Assembly: GCA_946965045.2 (NCBI GenBank)
Contig: OX337232.1
Span: 1,674,001 to 1,738,000, forward strand
DNA from: Epithemia pelagica
Taxonomy: Eukaryota > Protista > Bacillariophyta
Direction: 5' to 3'
Length of the DNA stretch: 64,000 nt
Shown here: positions 34,443 through 46,661 of the stretch, one piece after another
Layout of the letters: the number at the start of each line of letters is the position of its first letter
Position numbering within the stretch: the stretch's first letter is position 1
Program-made: the position numbers and the translations under genes
The notes under the pieces: model-generated
What the model saw: only the letters and a program-made list of their open reading frames with translations
The model's database searches: none
What the model was told of the DNA's origin: nothing

Positions 34443-37400
34443 AAAAGCCAACTACGCATCAAGGATTGGTGGTCATGGCTGAAAGGGATGAGGTCTGTTT
34501 GACAAACCGCCAGACCTTGATGGACAACAAGAATGTAGATGTTGGGATCTTTCTTGGTGTGGGTGCTCATTATATTTTCAAGACGAGGCACGTAAGGGAA
34601 AATAAATGGTCATGGATTGAAGAGACGGGATTAAAGCCGGATCAAGAATATGTGGATAGAGTTTGACATAATTAGAAGAGCTTCTTCTTGGTGAGCTTTC
34701 TGGTGGTGTTCTTTCCTGGTGGTGTTCTTCTCTCTCTGTCTTTTACTTAGCAGCGTTCAGTTTTATTCTTTCATCGTCCTAGGCAGAGACAGACTGGCGG
34801 TGGCTGTGGGACACGGCTAGCCTTTTGCGCGATTATTTTTGGTGATCAACAAAGAAGATGGTGCGGGTTTGTTAATTTTATAAAATCTTCTGCCCGCAAC
34901 GATGTATGATGATGACTGGTCAGGGCTGCGATGACACGACGAAATTGTTCGGTGGGCTCACACACTTTGTATTTTTTCGCTCCCTCTCTGGTTGGAACCG
35001 CCCAGAATCAAGGGCGTGAAAAAGCGTCAACGTCATCATTTTATATGTTCAGTAAACTTTCTGGAGAGGTGCGCCTCTCATGTTTCGGCATGCGACCCTG
35101 CTGCTTGTGCCATGAGAACTTTCTGTTTTAGAGCGAAGAATATTAATTAATATCCGAAAATCTGTGGTCACCAAGACAATTTTGCAGCTGGTCTTTTGAC
35201 AACGACAAGTGTCGTATGAACTTGCAACTGGGTCCCATCAGTAAGTATCGCAACGCTCGTTCAGCATCCTCGCGAGCTTAGCTGGCCTTTTTGGTATGAT
35301 ATTAAAAATCATTCCACGTGTATTGTGAAAAGGCAACGCACATTTTACGACACGTCTTTTTCACTGTCTTGATTTCCATTGCGTCAAAGTAGATTCCTGG
35401 GTTTGAACTCAACCAGAAGCTGTTAGGATGGCAGCGGCAAAATTCTGGAAGATTCTAGTTATTTTCGTGTTTGATTGTTTCGTTGCTCATGTCCACGGTA
35501 TCGCAGCAATGGCTGAAGTGGTGACAAGCACGGGGAGGGTAAACAAAAACTGGGGTGTGGGGTGGGACTTGGTATATACCATTAACTACTAGTTTGTCTG
35601 TGGCTATTGTAGACGAAAGAACAAGTAGCAGAGCTTTTGTACACGCACACCCAACTGTCTGGTGAAACAAAAAATGCATTCGCCGTACTTTGAAAGCAAC
35701 GACAAGGCGACGGTTCAAAAGGGATTCCACCCAGAATTGCCAACCAGTAGTACAAGTCAGTCCTCTCTGGACGATCCTAGATTTTATAATACGCTGTTGA
35801 TTCTCTGGTTGATTTTGAGGCCGTTCCGATAGCACAACAAAACCAATCTGAAACGTGACGTATTGGCAAATTTTCGAATTTGGCCCGTTTTCGCATCCTC
35901 GAGCACAACCAAAACCAAAACGAGAGACCGCGCTTGGGTCCCCAAAACTCCCCAAACGTACTCTGTGGAATTGAATACCAAAGTATTCGAAAGTCGGACT
36001 TCTTCATTAGGGATTGGGGGACCGTTGAAGTCGAACGCGCGCCGCTGAAGTCCAGAACGCGTGGCGGAAGTTTCTGTAGGCCACATCTACACTAGAATAA
36101 ATATAACACTATCTCTAATGTTATTTCAGGATTTGTCGGGCTACAAAAAATTACAAATCCAGAGCTCTGGATTTGTCGGAATGGAGGGCCGACAAAAACT
36201 GCGAAGTGAAATATGACGTCAAGATGATGTAAATTGCTGACGTGTCACGTTTTCGGATTGGTTTTGTTCTGCTGTCGGGACAGCCTGAAAACAACGTGAG
36301 GAGATGGGGATGATGTTTGGAATTTTGCCGATGTGCACCCCTGAGCCAAATTTTTTTCGAAGTCCGCCATTCTCAGAAGTCGAGCAAACCTCGAAACTCG
36401 AATCTTACGTTTTGCCTCGATTTCTGACCACCGGGAAACCAACCGACAAAGAACACAGAAGTAGCAACAGAAATGACAACAATCTTTGTGAACTCGCATA
36501 CCAAATACGCCAAATACGCTTCCCGGTAGTATACTGAGATGAGATACGAAGCTGACTAGGCAAGGGAAGCATTTCTCAACAAATGGATCAACTACAATTG
36601 TGGTTCGTAGATCTGCTGGATTCTTGTGAGTTCAAAGCACAAATAATGCTGGGTTATTCGCAAAGCATGCATCTTTCCTCCACACACGTTAAGCTGATCG
36701 TTTCTTGTTAGCACAAATAATCCCGGGATAGAATTCTTTAAATAGAAACAAAAACTACATAAACCCATCTTTCCGCTACAAGTAGACTGAGAATCGATGC
36801 TCTGTTACTCCGTTGTTTCTCGAGGTCTCAAACAGTCCATTGACCTTCTATTTGTTATATATGGTAATGTTACTATGCTGGTGGGTGGCAAAGCTGCATC
36901 AAGTTTGATCGTTGGGCTGCATGCCATTGTTGCATTATGTACTACGTATGATTGTAGCTCAACTGTCTGTCTGCACTTTTTGTTTGTAGATTCTTTCGGA
37001 TCTATCTAAAATTTCAAGAAGCCAGCAGCTTTTAAAAGTGTACTTTTATCAAATATGGACCTCGTTCGTTTATTTGGCCCACGTGAAATGACCTGCGTTC
37101 CTGTCGTTTCAACATGGCAATAATTTGGGGATTCCTTCTACATTTCTGATTTTTTTTGGCTAACTTGCACATGAAAACATGTCTGCTGTACCGTGTTGTA
37201 AGACCTTCCGTTTTTCTTGAATACCCGACTGAATGATTTCAGTTCACCCAACTATATTTGTTCATTCTGCAAAGTCCAATGGCAGGATGACACGCTGGAA
37301 AAACATAGAATCTAACTCTAGGCTGTTGGGACTTAATTCGATGGAGGCGTGAAGACAGCACAACTGGATAAGATCGAAAGAACGGGTCGTACCTGGTCGT

Positions 37401-38109
37401 CTTATCAAAAACTCGAATAAGCCATCTAGCCCCGTAACTTCCTAGTTCTTTACTTTCATCTTGTTATGTCATGTTATTGTTGCCGGACTTTTGGAGGTTC
37501 GAGCTCCATTATAACAATTGAGCGTCTTGACTCTATTAGCTCAGGTACAAATTGCAACAGATATCAAATAATTACCCATAAACACAATGTAATTTGGAAC
37601 TCTCATGAACTGTAGCTACCCCGTCGCTTTGATAGTCGGCCTGCTATGTTGTCCGTCCCAATGAAGAAAGAGGCCAGCTTTTCATAGCACTTGTCTACTT
37701 TGGAATAAAGTATCGACACTGTAGAATTACATTGGTAACTAAGGGCAGGCTACGCTTGGGCACTCGTGCCGTTACAGCTATATTCGCACACCACAGATCG
37801 TTTTTCATCGGCTGGGCTCATTCTAATATATATTTGTTCCCGACGGCATCAACGGATCTACTGGTATCACACAGAGGTCTAACTTTCAGTCAATCCGAAA
37901 CGATGCAGCAACGCCATCAACCAATTCTACCATGACAACGAAGATAATGAGGTATAAGCCATTTGGCTGTTCGTTTCCTACTTCGTTCCGTTTTCGGTCT
38001 GCATTATTGGATTCTTAATGCTTTATGGCCGAGCTCTGACGATTGGGTAATGGGGGCAAATTTGAGAGGGAAGACCTTCGGCAGTCACCCATTTTGTAAG
38101 GATATACAA

Positions 38110-38255
38110 GTTAGATTTTCCAAACAGCCCCTTACACACTAATTTCCAGACAGTCAATTGCTCTGAAACTTTCATCCGTCGGTATAACTAGATTCTCTTT
38201 ATTGCTTCGGTATGAAAAAATATTTCCCGGTGAAGAACTATACTACAATTATTGT
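38110..38255 (+). pseudogene. Possible SET-domain remnant
   Basis: (K)IFPGEELYYNYC resembles the SET C-terminal I-x-x-GEEL-x-x-D/N-Y motif; frameshifted upstream. Confidence 0.3.
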
Positions 38256-40485
38256 TCGAAGAAAGGAACTGTTGGCGATGATATGGTGCATACTATACCA
38301 CTCCCAGGCTCATGTAGCTGACTACCAGTGTGCCAAATGATTCACATTTGACTTTGACTACATTGATATTTCTTGTGTTCGGATGATGTTGATTCGAGAA
38401 GATAACTCCGAAAACAGACACATATTTATGAAGAAGATATCCGCTCTCGATAAATAAGAGTCCTTTCTAATGGGCTTCTAAACGTTGTCGGATATATTTC
38501 GTAGACAGTTCCAGTACTGCCGCCTAGTCACATCCAGCTTCAGACCATATCATGCGTTGCTACTTTTTATTGTGGATGATTCGATCTAGGTTTCTCAGAA
38601 CGTCAGGGTGTGGAAGTTAGACTAGTGAGTCTGGCCTTTGCCTTTATCATTGAGGCTGCCGAACAAGAGGAATTGCCCTAAACAGTACTTTGCAGTTGTC
38701 AAGTGCATTCGCTGCATCTGGAACAATGCCCCATATTACCATTTTACAATCTGGATGCCACGACCGACGAAGAGGACTGATTGGTTTCCTCGCGTTGGCA
38801 AAACATGTACTAGTGGAAAACGCAATAAGGAAGATAATCTACTTAGCGCTATGGTTGAATCACTGTAGTATCGACGTCAACAGATTGTGGACAGATGTAG
38901 CATGGTATGGACTTGACTCGATATTGAGGCTTCATGACTTTAAGACCCTTGAAAGTCAAGTCATTCATCTGTAGCTAGCTGAATTGAACCCTAAAATCAA
39001 GGCAGTCGTCTTCTTTGTATCATCTCTATGTCTTCTTGTCAAGTCAACGTCTTCAGTACATGGCAAAGTCAAAGTACATTGAATTCAACAAAGACTTCAT
39101 CGACAGAAATGTTCTATTTCACGGTCCTCCGTATAAAATAACGCAGAATGTAGGGAAAATCAATGAGTTACTTGATAATGTTCTTTTTGGTACTAGAGGA
39201 CTGCGCACTAGGCGAATTCTGAACAAATCGTGGGTTCTGCACAAAGTCCAGAGGCCGGGAAACTCAAATCGAAACGCCACACTGCGTTTCGATCATATGG
39301 AGCAGATTATACTCATGGATATATGGGATAGCACAGAGAACAATCAACCTGATGAGGGTTATTATCCCTAGTGATGATGACCAGTTGTCCTTTGCCTGAT
39401 TGAGGCATCAGAAGGAGAGAACTCAGCCAAAACAAGCCCCCATCCGACACCAATACGGGGTCAAATGCGGCATCTGATCCTCCTGCACCCCAACACTTCA
39501 TGGAAAGGAAGCACAAACACCTTCGGGAACCAGAAAAGTGCAGTGGGAGACTCAAATCCACCAATGTATGTGAAGACAATCGAACTCCCTCGACAAAATG
39601 GTTGGATTTGCCAAACAGAACCTGGATGGATGCATTTTCCAATACACGTAGTGTCTTGCCACATAAACATAGAACATGATGGTTGATTGCGGTCTATTAC
39701 TTTTCTATTTTAGTTTTTCATTTTTTTGGTAGAACGGCAGATTCCCATGGTTGGGTTACATTTGTTGTCGATAGCTGCGGACAAAAGCTACTGTGGTCTA
39801 CATAGATGTATGATTTTAGTATAGATATGATTTTAGTTCCTCATATGAGCGCTGTCCTCATATGAGGACAAACCGGGATAGAATAGTGCGTCCGAGATCC
39901 TTACTTAGAAATTCGAGGTAGGGAAAAGACCATGTCTCGTAGCTCGAATCTTGAGTTTTGGCTCGAATTCTGTTTACGAGAACAAGCGTCTAAGGGGGAA
40001 TCGACACAAGAATTGCTGGATCAATTTGAGTTATTGGTCATCTTAGGTTGTCATCATAACCAGGATGTATAAGTATGCACGCAAGCGATTCAGCCTCAGA
40101 GGTCTGCACTTCCATCGTGGATGTATCGATGAGTATCGTGAATACATCATGATGAGGTTCACCCACCTCTATGCTCCCATCTCCCATATGGGCTAAGGAG
40201 GCATTTCCTGGTGATTCAAAGGATATGACACATATCCGACAGCTGGTTTCCCCATGTTTGATCTGCCAGATCGTGCAGTGCTACGTTTTGAGAAGGCTAC
40301 GATCCTGGGTGAAAGTCTGAATAACGCTATGAGTATACGTGCTGGTAGAACTGTTCGTTATGGTGGCAACTGGAGGATCGATTTCTCTCATAGGATCATA
40401 CGCGAGTGGCTCTACAAAATGTATCAGAGACGTGCTCGTCGAGGCTGCGCTGAATAGGCACCGTCGTACATTTGTGTGTTGGATC

Positions 40486-40722
40486 TCTAAACTCTACTGC
40501 TGTTACATCAAGGCTAGTAGTAGGGAACACATGCGATGCCAAAATCAGCCAAGAACCGGTTAATCGGACACAGGTGTGATCTAAATACTTTGCATTTTGT
40601 TTCTAAACTCTACTGCTGTTACATCAAGGCTAGTTAGTAGTAGGGAACACATGCGATGCCAAAATCAGCCAAGAACCGGTTAATCGGACACAGGTGTGAT
40701 CTAAATACTTTGCATTTTGTTT
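40486..40722. repeat. Near-perfect tandem duplication of about 116 bp
   Basis: TCTAAACTCTACTGC...GCATTTTGTTT occurs at 40486 and 40602; copy 2 has a 4-bp insertion. Confidence 0.92.
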
Positions 40723-41513
40723 GATAAAACATGATGAGTGGACAACAACCCCCAGATCTTAAGGGTATACCACCAGTAACGGAACCCGATGCCATTAAGC
40801 TTACTGATGAGACGGTCGATGTCCTTACTAAGCTTATTGATGAGATACATGCTGTGAGGATAGGCAAGCAGGCGATTAGGTCAAATGATTGATATGCAAG
40901 ACGACCTTGGATCCATGTCACAGAAGTATCTCCCAGCGTGGGAGATGGGAGTTCAATATCAACCTGTTAACTGAAAACTTGTATAAAAAAGTCCGCAGTG
41001 GTCGATCGAGTCTACGCGAGCGATTCCAACCTTCGTTGTTGTCAGTATGAATCATGAAGCACTGACGGCCAACCTGTCGGCCGTTCAGGCCTGGGCGTTT
41101 CCACCGCGTAACGTCGAGTGGTGCACGAGCGTGGGCCCCCTAAATCCCTTTAGCTCAACTACACAGCTGATGAAATAAATCTCCACGTCATGCATTTTCG
41201 TCTGACCTCCGTGTATCTGATAGAGATGACAAGCCTAAGACAAATCTCCTTCTTTCCCCTTCGTCGTTCGTGACCGGAAGAACGAATGATGCATTTCTGG
41301 CATGACGGGAATCTCTCACCTAGCAACATCTTCCATCCATTCCCTGCGCCCTTGATCTACACCATTTTCCCATCCGCTTGCTTCCATTTTCGGTCCTGGC
41401 AGACGATGCCCTCGAACGTATGGTGCTGTACCTAGTCTTCAAATAACGAGCATGTCACAAAAGAACGGATCCTGCACAAAAACGAGTGGAGTCTAAATAT
41501 TTGCAAGAATTCG

Positions 41514-43505
41514 TTAATCTCTACCATACTTTGGACGATAAGACAGTCCGCCGATTCCTGGATTGAAAACATTGAGAGGATCCATCTTTTGCCAGCGAGA
41601 CTGGGTTTCAGGAGGAGCAGTGTATTCACGCCCATGCCCATGCTCACTTGGCAACTGTCCACCCTCAGTTTCGACCGCGTGCTTCAACAAATATTTCGCT
41701 CTGTGAACATCAGTTTCTGGACCATACGCCAAGTCTTCGTGCACGACGTTGCACGCAAAATGACTGTAACGCATTCGCTTCACAGGGAGGAGGTCTTGAC
41801 TGACGGCATCATCCGTGGTCGATAGAGGAGGAACCCGGCCTCCTAATTTCGGAAGCGCGTAATCGACCGATACACCTTGAAGATGCTTTCCAACACAATA
41901 AGTTCTGAAAGCAGGCGCAGCCGCGAATCGGAAGGCAGAGATGGAATTTGCTTCCGACGATCTTACAGGTTCGTAGATTTGCATGGTTTCCTTCCCTCTT
42001 TTGTGTTCAAATTTCTCCATTCGATCAATGAAACGATCCAGTTCGCCTCCACCGAAATCACCAACTGTCACAGCGACATGATGATTGAAGGTGTTGGCCA
42101 TTTTCATTACCGGAGATGGCAATGGAGCCGGCATGAAGCTGTTTGCAAAAAATAAGAGCCGATCTACCCATAACGCGGCTCCATCGAGAGGAAGGGCCTC
42201 GATCCATAATTTCACGTTCCAGAGATGCTTGACAATTGAAGAGGACGTTCCAACAAGCCATATGCAATTCGAAAGAACTCGGCCGGCCCCATTTACAACG
42301 TCGAAAGCGTCTTTGTCCATATACTCGAGAATGATCGGCAAATCCTGCGCGGTGTGGAGACAAACTTGTCGACGAAAGTCGAGAGCTGTATCCAAGGAGT
42401 CAAAAGAAATCCAGAATGTTCTTGCTGTGTTTGGTGCAGCAAAAGTGTCGTGAACAGAAGCCAGGATGATCACTTTTCCTTCCGAGCGATTTGGAAAGAT
42501 CCCTTTTGTATCGGCGTTGAAGCGACTTACTTCAGATATCGCGTCCGTACTACACAGTCGCTGGCCGTAGGTGATATCGTGGGCCCACGCAGCCTGGCCC
42601 TCGTGTGATGAGTATCGCATTGTGCGGTCGTGGCCTCCATTGACCCATCGGCTCCACCTATCAATGACACTTGGGACACTGCTCAATCGACGAGTGGCAG
42701 CATTTTCGTCGAGACCCTTTATTCCAAGTGTATTGACAATCTTTACTTCTGGATCTCCCCATTTTGTCGGAGACACTGTGATGTAAAGTACTCGATCGGT
42801 GTACGCGGGGCCTTTCCTGACTTGTGTCCCTCCCGATCCAAACGCAACTCCTGCAGCAGTCGTTGGATCAAGGAACGTCGATCCTAAAGTAGAATGCGAC
42901 TCACGGTGAGGGAATTCCTTTTTTAAGAACTGCTGCAGCGAGGCTAGGCCGGTTCCAGCTAAGCAAACAACTCTTTGGCCCTTGTCAAGAGGGAAAAAAC
43001 GATTGAAATGTCGCATGGAAAGGACAACAACCGGCCGATTGTCATCCGTTTGATCCGTTGCTGCCGGTACGGATCCTCCTGTAAGCCCTGTATTTTGACC
43101 TTGTGGCAGTACAACACAACCTGCCTCCACTACCAGTTTTACAGCATCAACGACATCCTGTAAGCGCTCAGGGGTCAGAATGCACAAGGCCCTCCCGTGT
43201 CCAAGTCTCGCGCCTTTCAGAAAACGCAACGTTTCTGTTGTTTCTGTCCGACCATCAATCACGTTTTCTTTCCCTAACAGTTTCTTTAGTTTCGTCGATA
43301 ATTCTTGTTGATCTTTTGTCAATTCATATGGTCTCTTACTACTTTTTTCGTTCTCACAGCAAGTGCGGGGAAGGCCGTTGGGTAGTAGGACGTTCTGTCT
43401 ATCGGAGTTTTGAACGAAACTCTGATAGGACGAACCCAACTGGAAACCCAGAAAAAGGCTAGCGACAGCCACTGTTGCAGTCCTGAGAAGTGTGGAGGAT
43501 AGCAT
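41514..43505 (-). CDS. dld: FAD-dependent, quinone-linked D-lactate dehydrogenase (E. coli Dld type)
   Basis: PQGQNTGLTGGSVP, YSHFACNVVHEDL, LPSEHGHG and DPLNVFNPGIG parallel Dld motifs. Intronless. Likely start 43505 (alternatives up to 43670). Confidence 0.82.
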   Translation of the reverse strand: MLSSTLLRTATVAVASLFLGFQLGSSYQSFVQNSDRQNVLLPNGLPRTCCENEKSSKRPYELTKDQQELSTKLKKLLGKENVIDGRTETTETLRFLKGARLGHGRALCILTPERLQDVVDAVKLVVEAGCVVLPQGQNTGLTGGSVPAATDQTDDNRPVVVLSMRHFNRFFPLDKGQRVVCLAGTGLASLQQFLKKEFPHRESHSTLGSTFLDPTTAAGVAFGSGGTQVRKGPAYTDRVLYITVSPTKWGDPEVKIVNTLGIKGLDENAATRRLSSVPSVIDRWSRWVNGGHDRTMRYSSHEGQAAWAHDITYGQRLCSTDAISEVSRFNADTKGIFPNRSEGKVIILASVHDTFAAPNTARTFWISFDSLDTALDFRRQVCLHTAQDLPIILEYMDKDAFDVVNGAGRVLSNCIWLVGTSSSIVKHLWNVKLWIEALPLDGAALWVDRLLFFANSFMPAPLPSPVMKMANTFNHHVAVTVGDFGGGELDRFIDRMEKFEHKRGKETMQIYEPVRSSEANSISAFRFAAAPAFRTYCVGKHLQGVSVDYALPKLGGRVPPLSTTDDAVSQDLLPVKRMRYSHFACNVVHEDLAYGPETDVHRAKYLLKHAVETEGGQLPSEHGHGREYTAPPETQSRWQKMDPLNVFNPGIGGLSYRPKYGRD

Positions 43506-43979
43506 TGGTTTAACAAGATGATTGAGTATGTAGGCAGAAGCACCTCTACCTGTCTTCCCCGTCGTTGAACCAAGGGATCTGTTCAGTTCGTTCTTTGTTC
43601 GAATAATAGCATGTCTCCTCATGTTGACCATGGGCCAGGAATACCCCCGGCAGGACAAGATCGCATGCATGTTGAGTCAAACTATCTACACCAGTAATAA
43701 TCCGCGCTCTCTGATCCCCCCCATGGTCCCAAAACTTCAGTCAAGACGCAAATGGCTACCTACTCCTTTGATAGGAGTACAGCATACCATAGGTAGCTAG
43801 ACTAGAGGGAGGGACCAATTGGAAGTGTTTCAAATACAGAGTCAGAGTGTGTTCATTGTTCATGTGGTTTTGCTGTTAGTACTACAAAGTGGCAACTGCA
43901 CGAGCATTTACTTAGTGATTGTGATATACCGCATTCTTGGTCGTTCCCCAGTGTTTCTCTCTCCCGTGCACCACAGTGG

Positions 43980-44792
43980 CTATTTTCTTTTGGGGCCAAA
44001 ATAAGAAGTGATTGGGTTTGAGGATATCGGAAGCTTTGCGATTTTGCTTGGTTTGTGACTTCGATTGTCGTTGGCTTCATGTTGTCGATCCTGTTCCCGC
44101 ACCAGATCTATAACATCCTGCTTCAAGAACGAGAATTGATCTCGTGTGCGGCACACTGTTGCTACATCTTCAGGTAAGAGCTTTCGTCGATTTTGAATTT
44201 GGGCTACTCTGACAGACTCTTTACCTAACTTCACGGTGGCGAGTTCGGCGGCTTTGGTGACAAGCAGCAATGCTTCTTTCGAGATGCCACGAACATCCGA
44301 GTCCAACTTGCATATCTTGCGTACACGAGCGCTGGGATAACCCAAAGATGAAAGATCATGTGACGATATTGATGTGAGTGCTTTGTCCACAGAGGGTTTG
44401 TTGCCATGCCTCTTGTTCCAAGCTTCCAAGTCCTTCGTTACTCTTTCCCTTTCCGCTGCGGCCTGTTGTTGGTAGATTTGTTTTTCTTCTTCTGTCAGCG
44501 ATGCCCACATTTGCCCAAGCGCTTTCCCGACAGTAGCCACACCTTGCCCTTCATGATGCTTCTGCACTTCAGAACGGCGCTCGTCAGAAAAAATAAAAAA
44601 TGCCGTTCTTGCTTTCTTGACAGGTCGGTCGGGCACGGCCTCTGTATCAGAATTGATTCCTAACGTTATGACAGGATTCTTGGCGCTCGAGTTTTCAACA
44701 GCATGTCCCTCTTCTTTGGTGACATCCTTCTCATCATGTGCTTGGTCTTTATGCTCGCTGGAGGAGTTTTGGTATGCTTCTTCGGCCTCCAT
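43980..44792 (-). CDS. HMG-box plus histone-fold (NF-YC/DPB3/CHRAC-like) protein
   Basis: HMG: KKARTAFFIF...LGQMWASLTEEEKQIY. Histone fold: PSARVRKICKLDSDV...ISKEALLLVTKAAEL. Confidence 0.82.
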   Translation of the reverse strand: MEAEEAYQNSSSEHKDQAHDEKDVTKEEGHAVENSSAKNPVITLGINSDTEAVPDRPVKKARTAFFIFSDERRSEVQKHHEGQGVATVGKALGQMWASLTEEEKQIYQQQAAAERERVTKDLEAWNKRHGNKPSVDKALTSISSHDLSSLGYPSARVRKICKLDSDVRGISKEALLLVTKAAELATVKLGKESVRVAQIQNRRKLLPEDVATVCRTRDQFSFLKQDVIDLVREQDRQHEANDNRSHKPSKIAKLPISSNPITSYFGPKRK

Positions 44793-45333
44793 GGTGATTC
44801 ATGCAGAAGGGGGAGAAAAAATGACATCGACCATGAGACTAGCTTTACTAGGTACTCTCTAGAGTACAGAGACAGTACTCTCTCTCGCTAGAGAGTAGAC
44901 ACAGTAGAGAATGATCTCCAGATTATAACTTTCTCATATACTTATTGTGTACTATGATAACATAAAAGTCGAGTCAGCTGGGGTGTGTAGTTAACCTAAG
45001 GAGCGAAGAGATTTAATACTTAGCACTTACTCCTAGGAGCTCTCAGCATTCAGCATTCCAATTTCAAACAATGATGAGTGTACAACTTTCGAATAAAAAT
45101 TCAAGGAGGAACAATTTCATTTCTTTGCACACGACAATGATAGCATGAACGATCATCTTCCATTCATCATACCAGTGTCCGTAGGTGTGGCCTTGCGCTA
45201 TTTTTTTCAAATCACCCAGGAAAGAAGGGGAAGAACATCGACAGGTTGGAAGTCATCAAAGTTGACCGTCAAGGTGGAACAGAAGCAGGAACTGAATGAC
45301 ACTTTTTATCGGATCGAATACACCCAGGATTTC

Positions 45334-45849
45334 ATGCGAACATCCAATATATGTACTAACAAAACCACGTTCATTCTTTTGTTGGGCTTATTATTGTTTC
45401 TCTTTGATCCGCGTCGATACAATGGATGCATGGGGTTCATGGTGTCTTTGGGTGGATCAGAAAGACGCATGTACAAAACTAGAATGACTGTGCTAAGAAA
45501 TGATGGAGAAGACTTTGCGGATGACGAATCAACTTTTGGTGACGACGGTGGTGTTCTTTTGGAAGATCTCTCCTGGAGAGTTGAGAAACTACGTTTGGAA
45601 GAACAGAACAAAAAGCGATTCTTAAAGTCGAGGGCACGGTTTTTGCCCTACGACGATTGCCGTCGGTGGGTTCAGGCTTGGGGACAACACTGGAAGACTG
45701 CAAAGGACTGGAATGACTGGATCGCAATGGGTGAAAAAAGAAACTCTTACATACCTTCGCGACCTGACGAATACTACGGACGCTTGGGTCAGTGGGTGAG
45801 CTGGGAACACTTCCTGCTAACTCCACCGGACTCAAACAAAAAGAAGTAG
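45334..45849 (+). CDS. Probable plastid-targeted protein with one 'integrase repeat unit'-like module
   Basis: Signal-like N-terminus ending CMG/F. C-terminal FLPYDDCRRWV...IPSRPDEYY...WVSWEHFL. Confidence 0.55.
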   Translation: MRTSNICTNKTTFILLLGLLLFLFDPRRYNGCMGFMVSLGGSERRMYKTRMTVLRNDGEDFADDESTFGDDGGVLLEDLSWRVEKLRLEEQNKKRFLKSRARFLPYDDCRRWVQAWGQHWKTAKDWNDWIAMGEKRNSYIPSRPDEYYGRLGQWVSWEHFLLTPPDSNKKK

Positions 45850-45924
45850 TACCTTTAAAAATGGCGGATGAGTTGGCTCTTTCCAACATCGCCTGCCAAC
45901 CATATTCCGACCTTCGAGTTAAGA

Positions 45925-46457
45925 TTATGATTTCCCCACACTGGATTTATGTTCTTCCACTCTTTTCCTCAATTCTTGCAGATCTTTCTCCTTTTCTTGT
46001 AACTGCTGGCGTTTCTCGAACTTTGCTGGCTGATAGTATAAAACTATCAAGTATCTGCCACCAACGTTGAAACCAGAAAGATGATCCACTGCTGCTTTGG
46101 CGTCGTATATATCCTGGAAAACAGAGAATATGAGCAACACCAGACGAAGACTATATACGTGGCTCGGAGAAACTTACTTCGTAAATGACGAACGCCGTTC
46201 CCCGGGTATCTTTATCTTTGTCACCCAGCCGTATTTGATAAATTGCTCCGTATTTTCCAAAAATCGCGTAAAGTTCGTCAGCCGTTATTGAAAATGGCAG
46301 GTTTCGAACATAGAGAATTCTGTTGACCTCGGGCGGGAGACGTGACTGGATGCAGGAAACATAAAATGAGTTTCGTTTCACAGAGAAAGCATGCAGAAAA
46401 TTTTCCGTGAGAAAGAATCCTTACATTGTGAGATTTCCTTGACGTATACTCGCTCAT
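45925..46457 (-). CDS. SF3B6: Splicing factor 3B subunit 6 (p14); exons 46457-46425, 46345-46178, 46113-45925
   Basis: [53 protein letters not shown]; canonical GT-AG introns. Confidence 0.95.
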
Positions 46458-46661
46458 TTTGTCTCTTTCAGGACGGGTTGAAGGAAACTCCTGCCCCAAC
46501 GACGGCGAGCACCAGCGTATAGGTATAGTGTATGGAGACAAGGCGACCAAAACTACAAATTGAAACCGCCAAGGCGGTAAAGGACGGCTGAGTTCAGTAT
46601 CAGTAGTACAGTGGACAGGACTATTCTATTTATCCTTGGCAGCACTTCCTAGAAATGAAAG

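Larger units (their letters stand above)
34700..41300. other. Gene-poor region with stop-riddled coding remnants, palindromes and a tandem duplication; probably decayed mobile or pseudogenic DNA
   Basis: No ORF over about 170 aa across 6.6 kb in an otherwise gene-dense window. Confidence 0.4.

Noticed and set aside
46553-46560. Canonical Helitron1 CTRR 3' end (GTAG here, CGAA at 14310-14313)
   Set aside because: The two copies diverge immediately after TTCAATTT, so these 4-mers are more likely flanking DNA.
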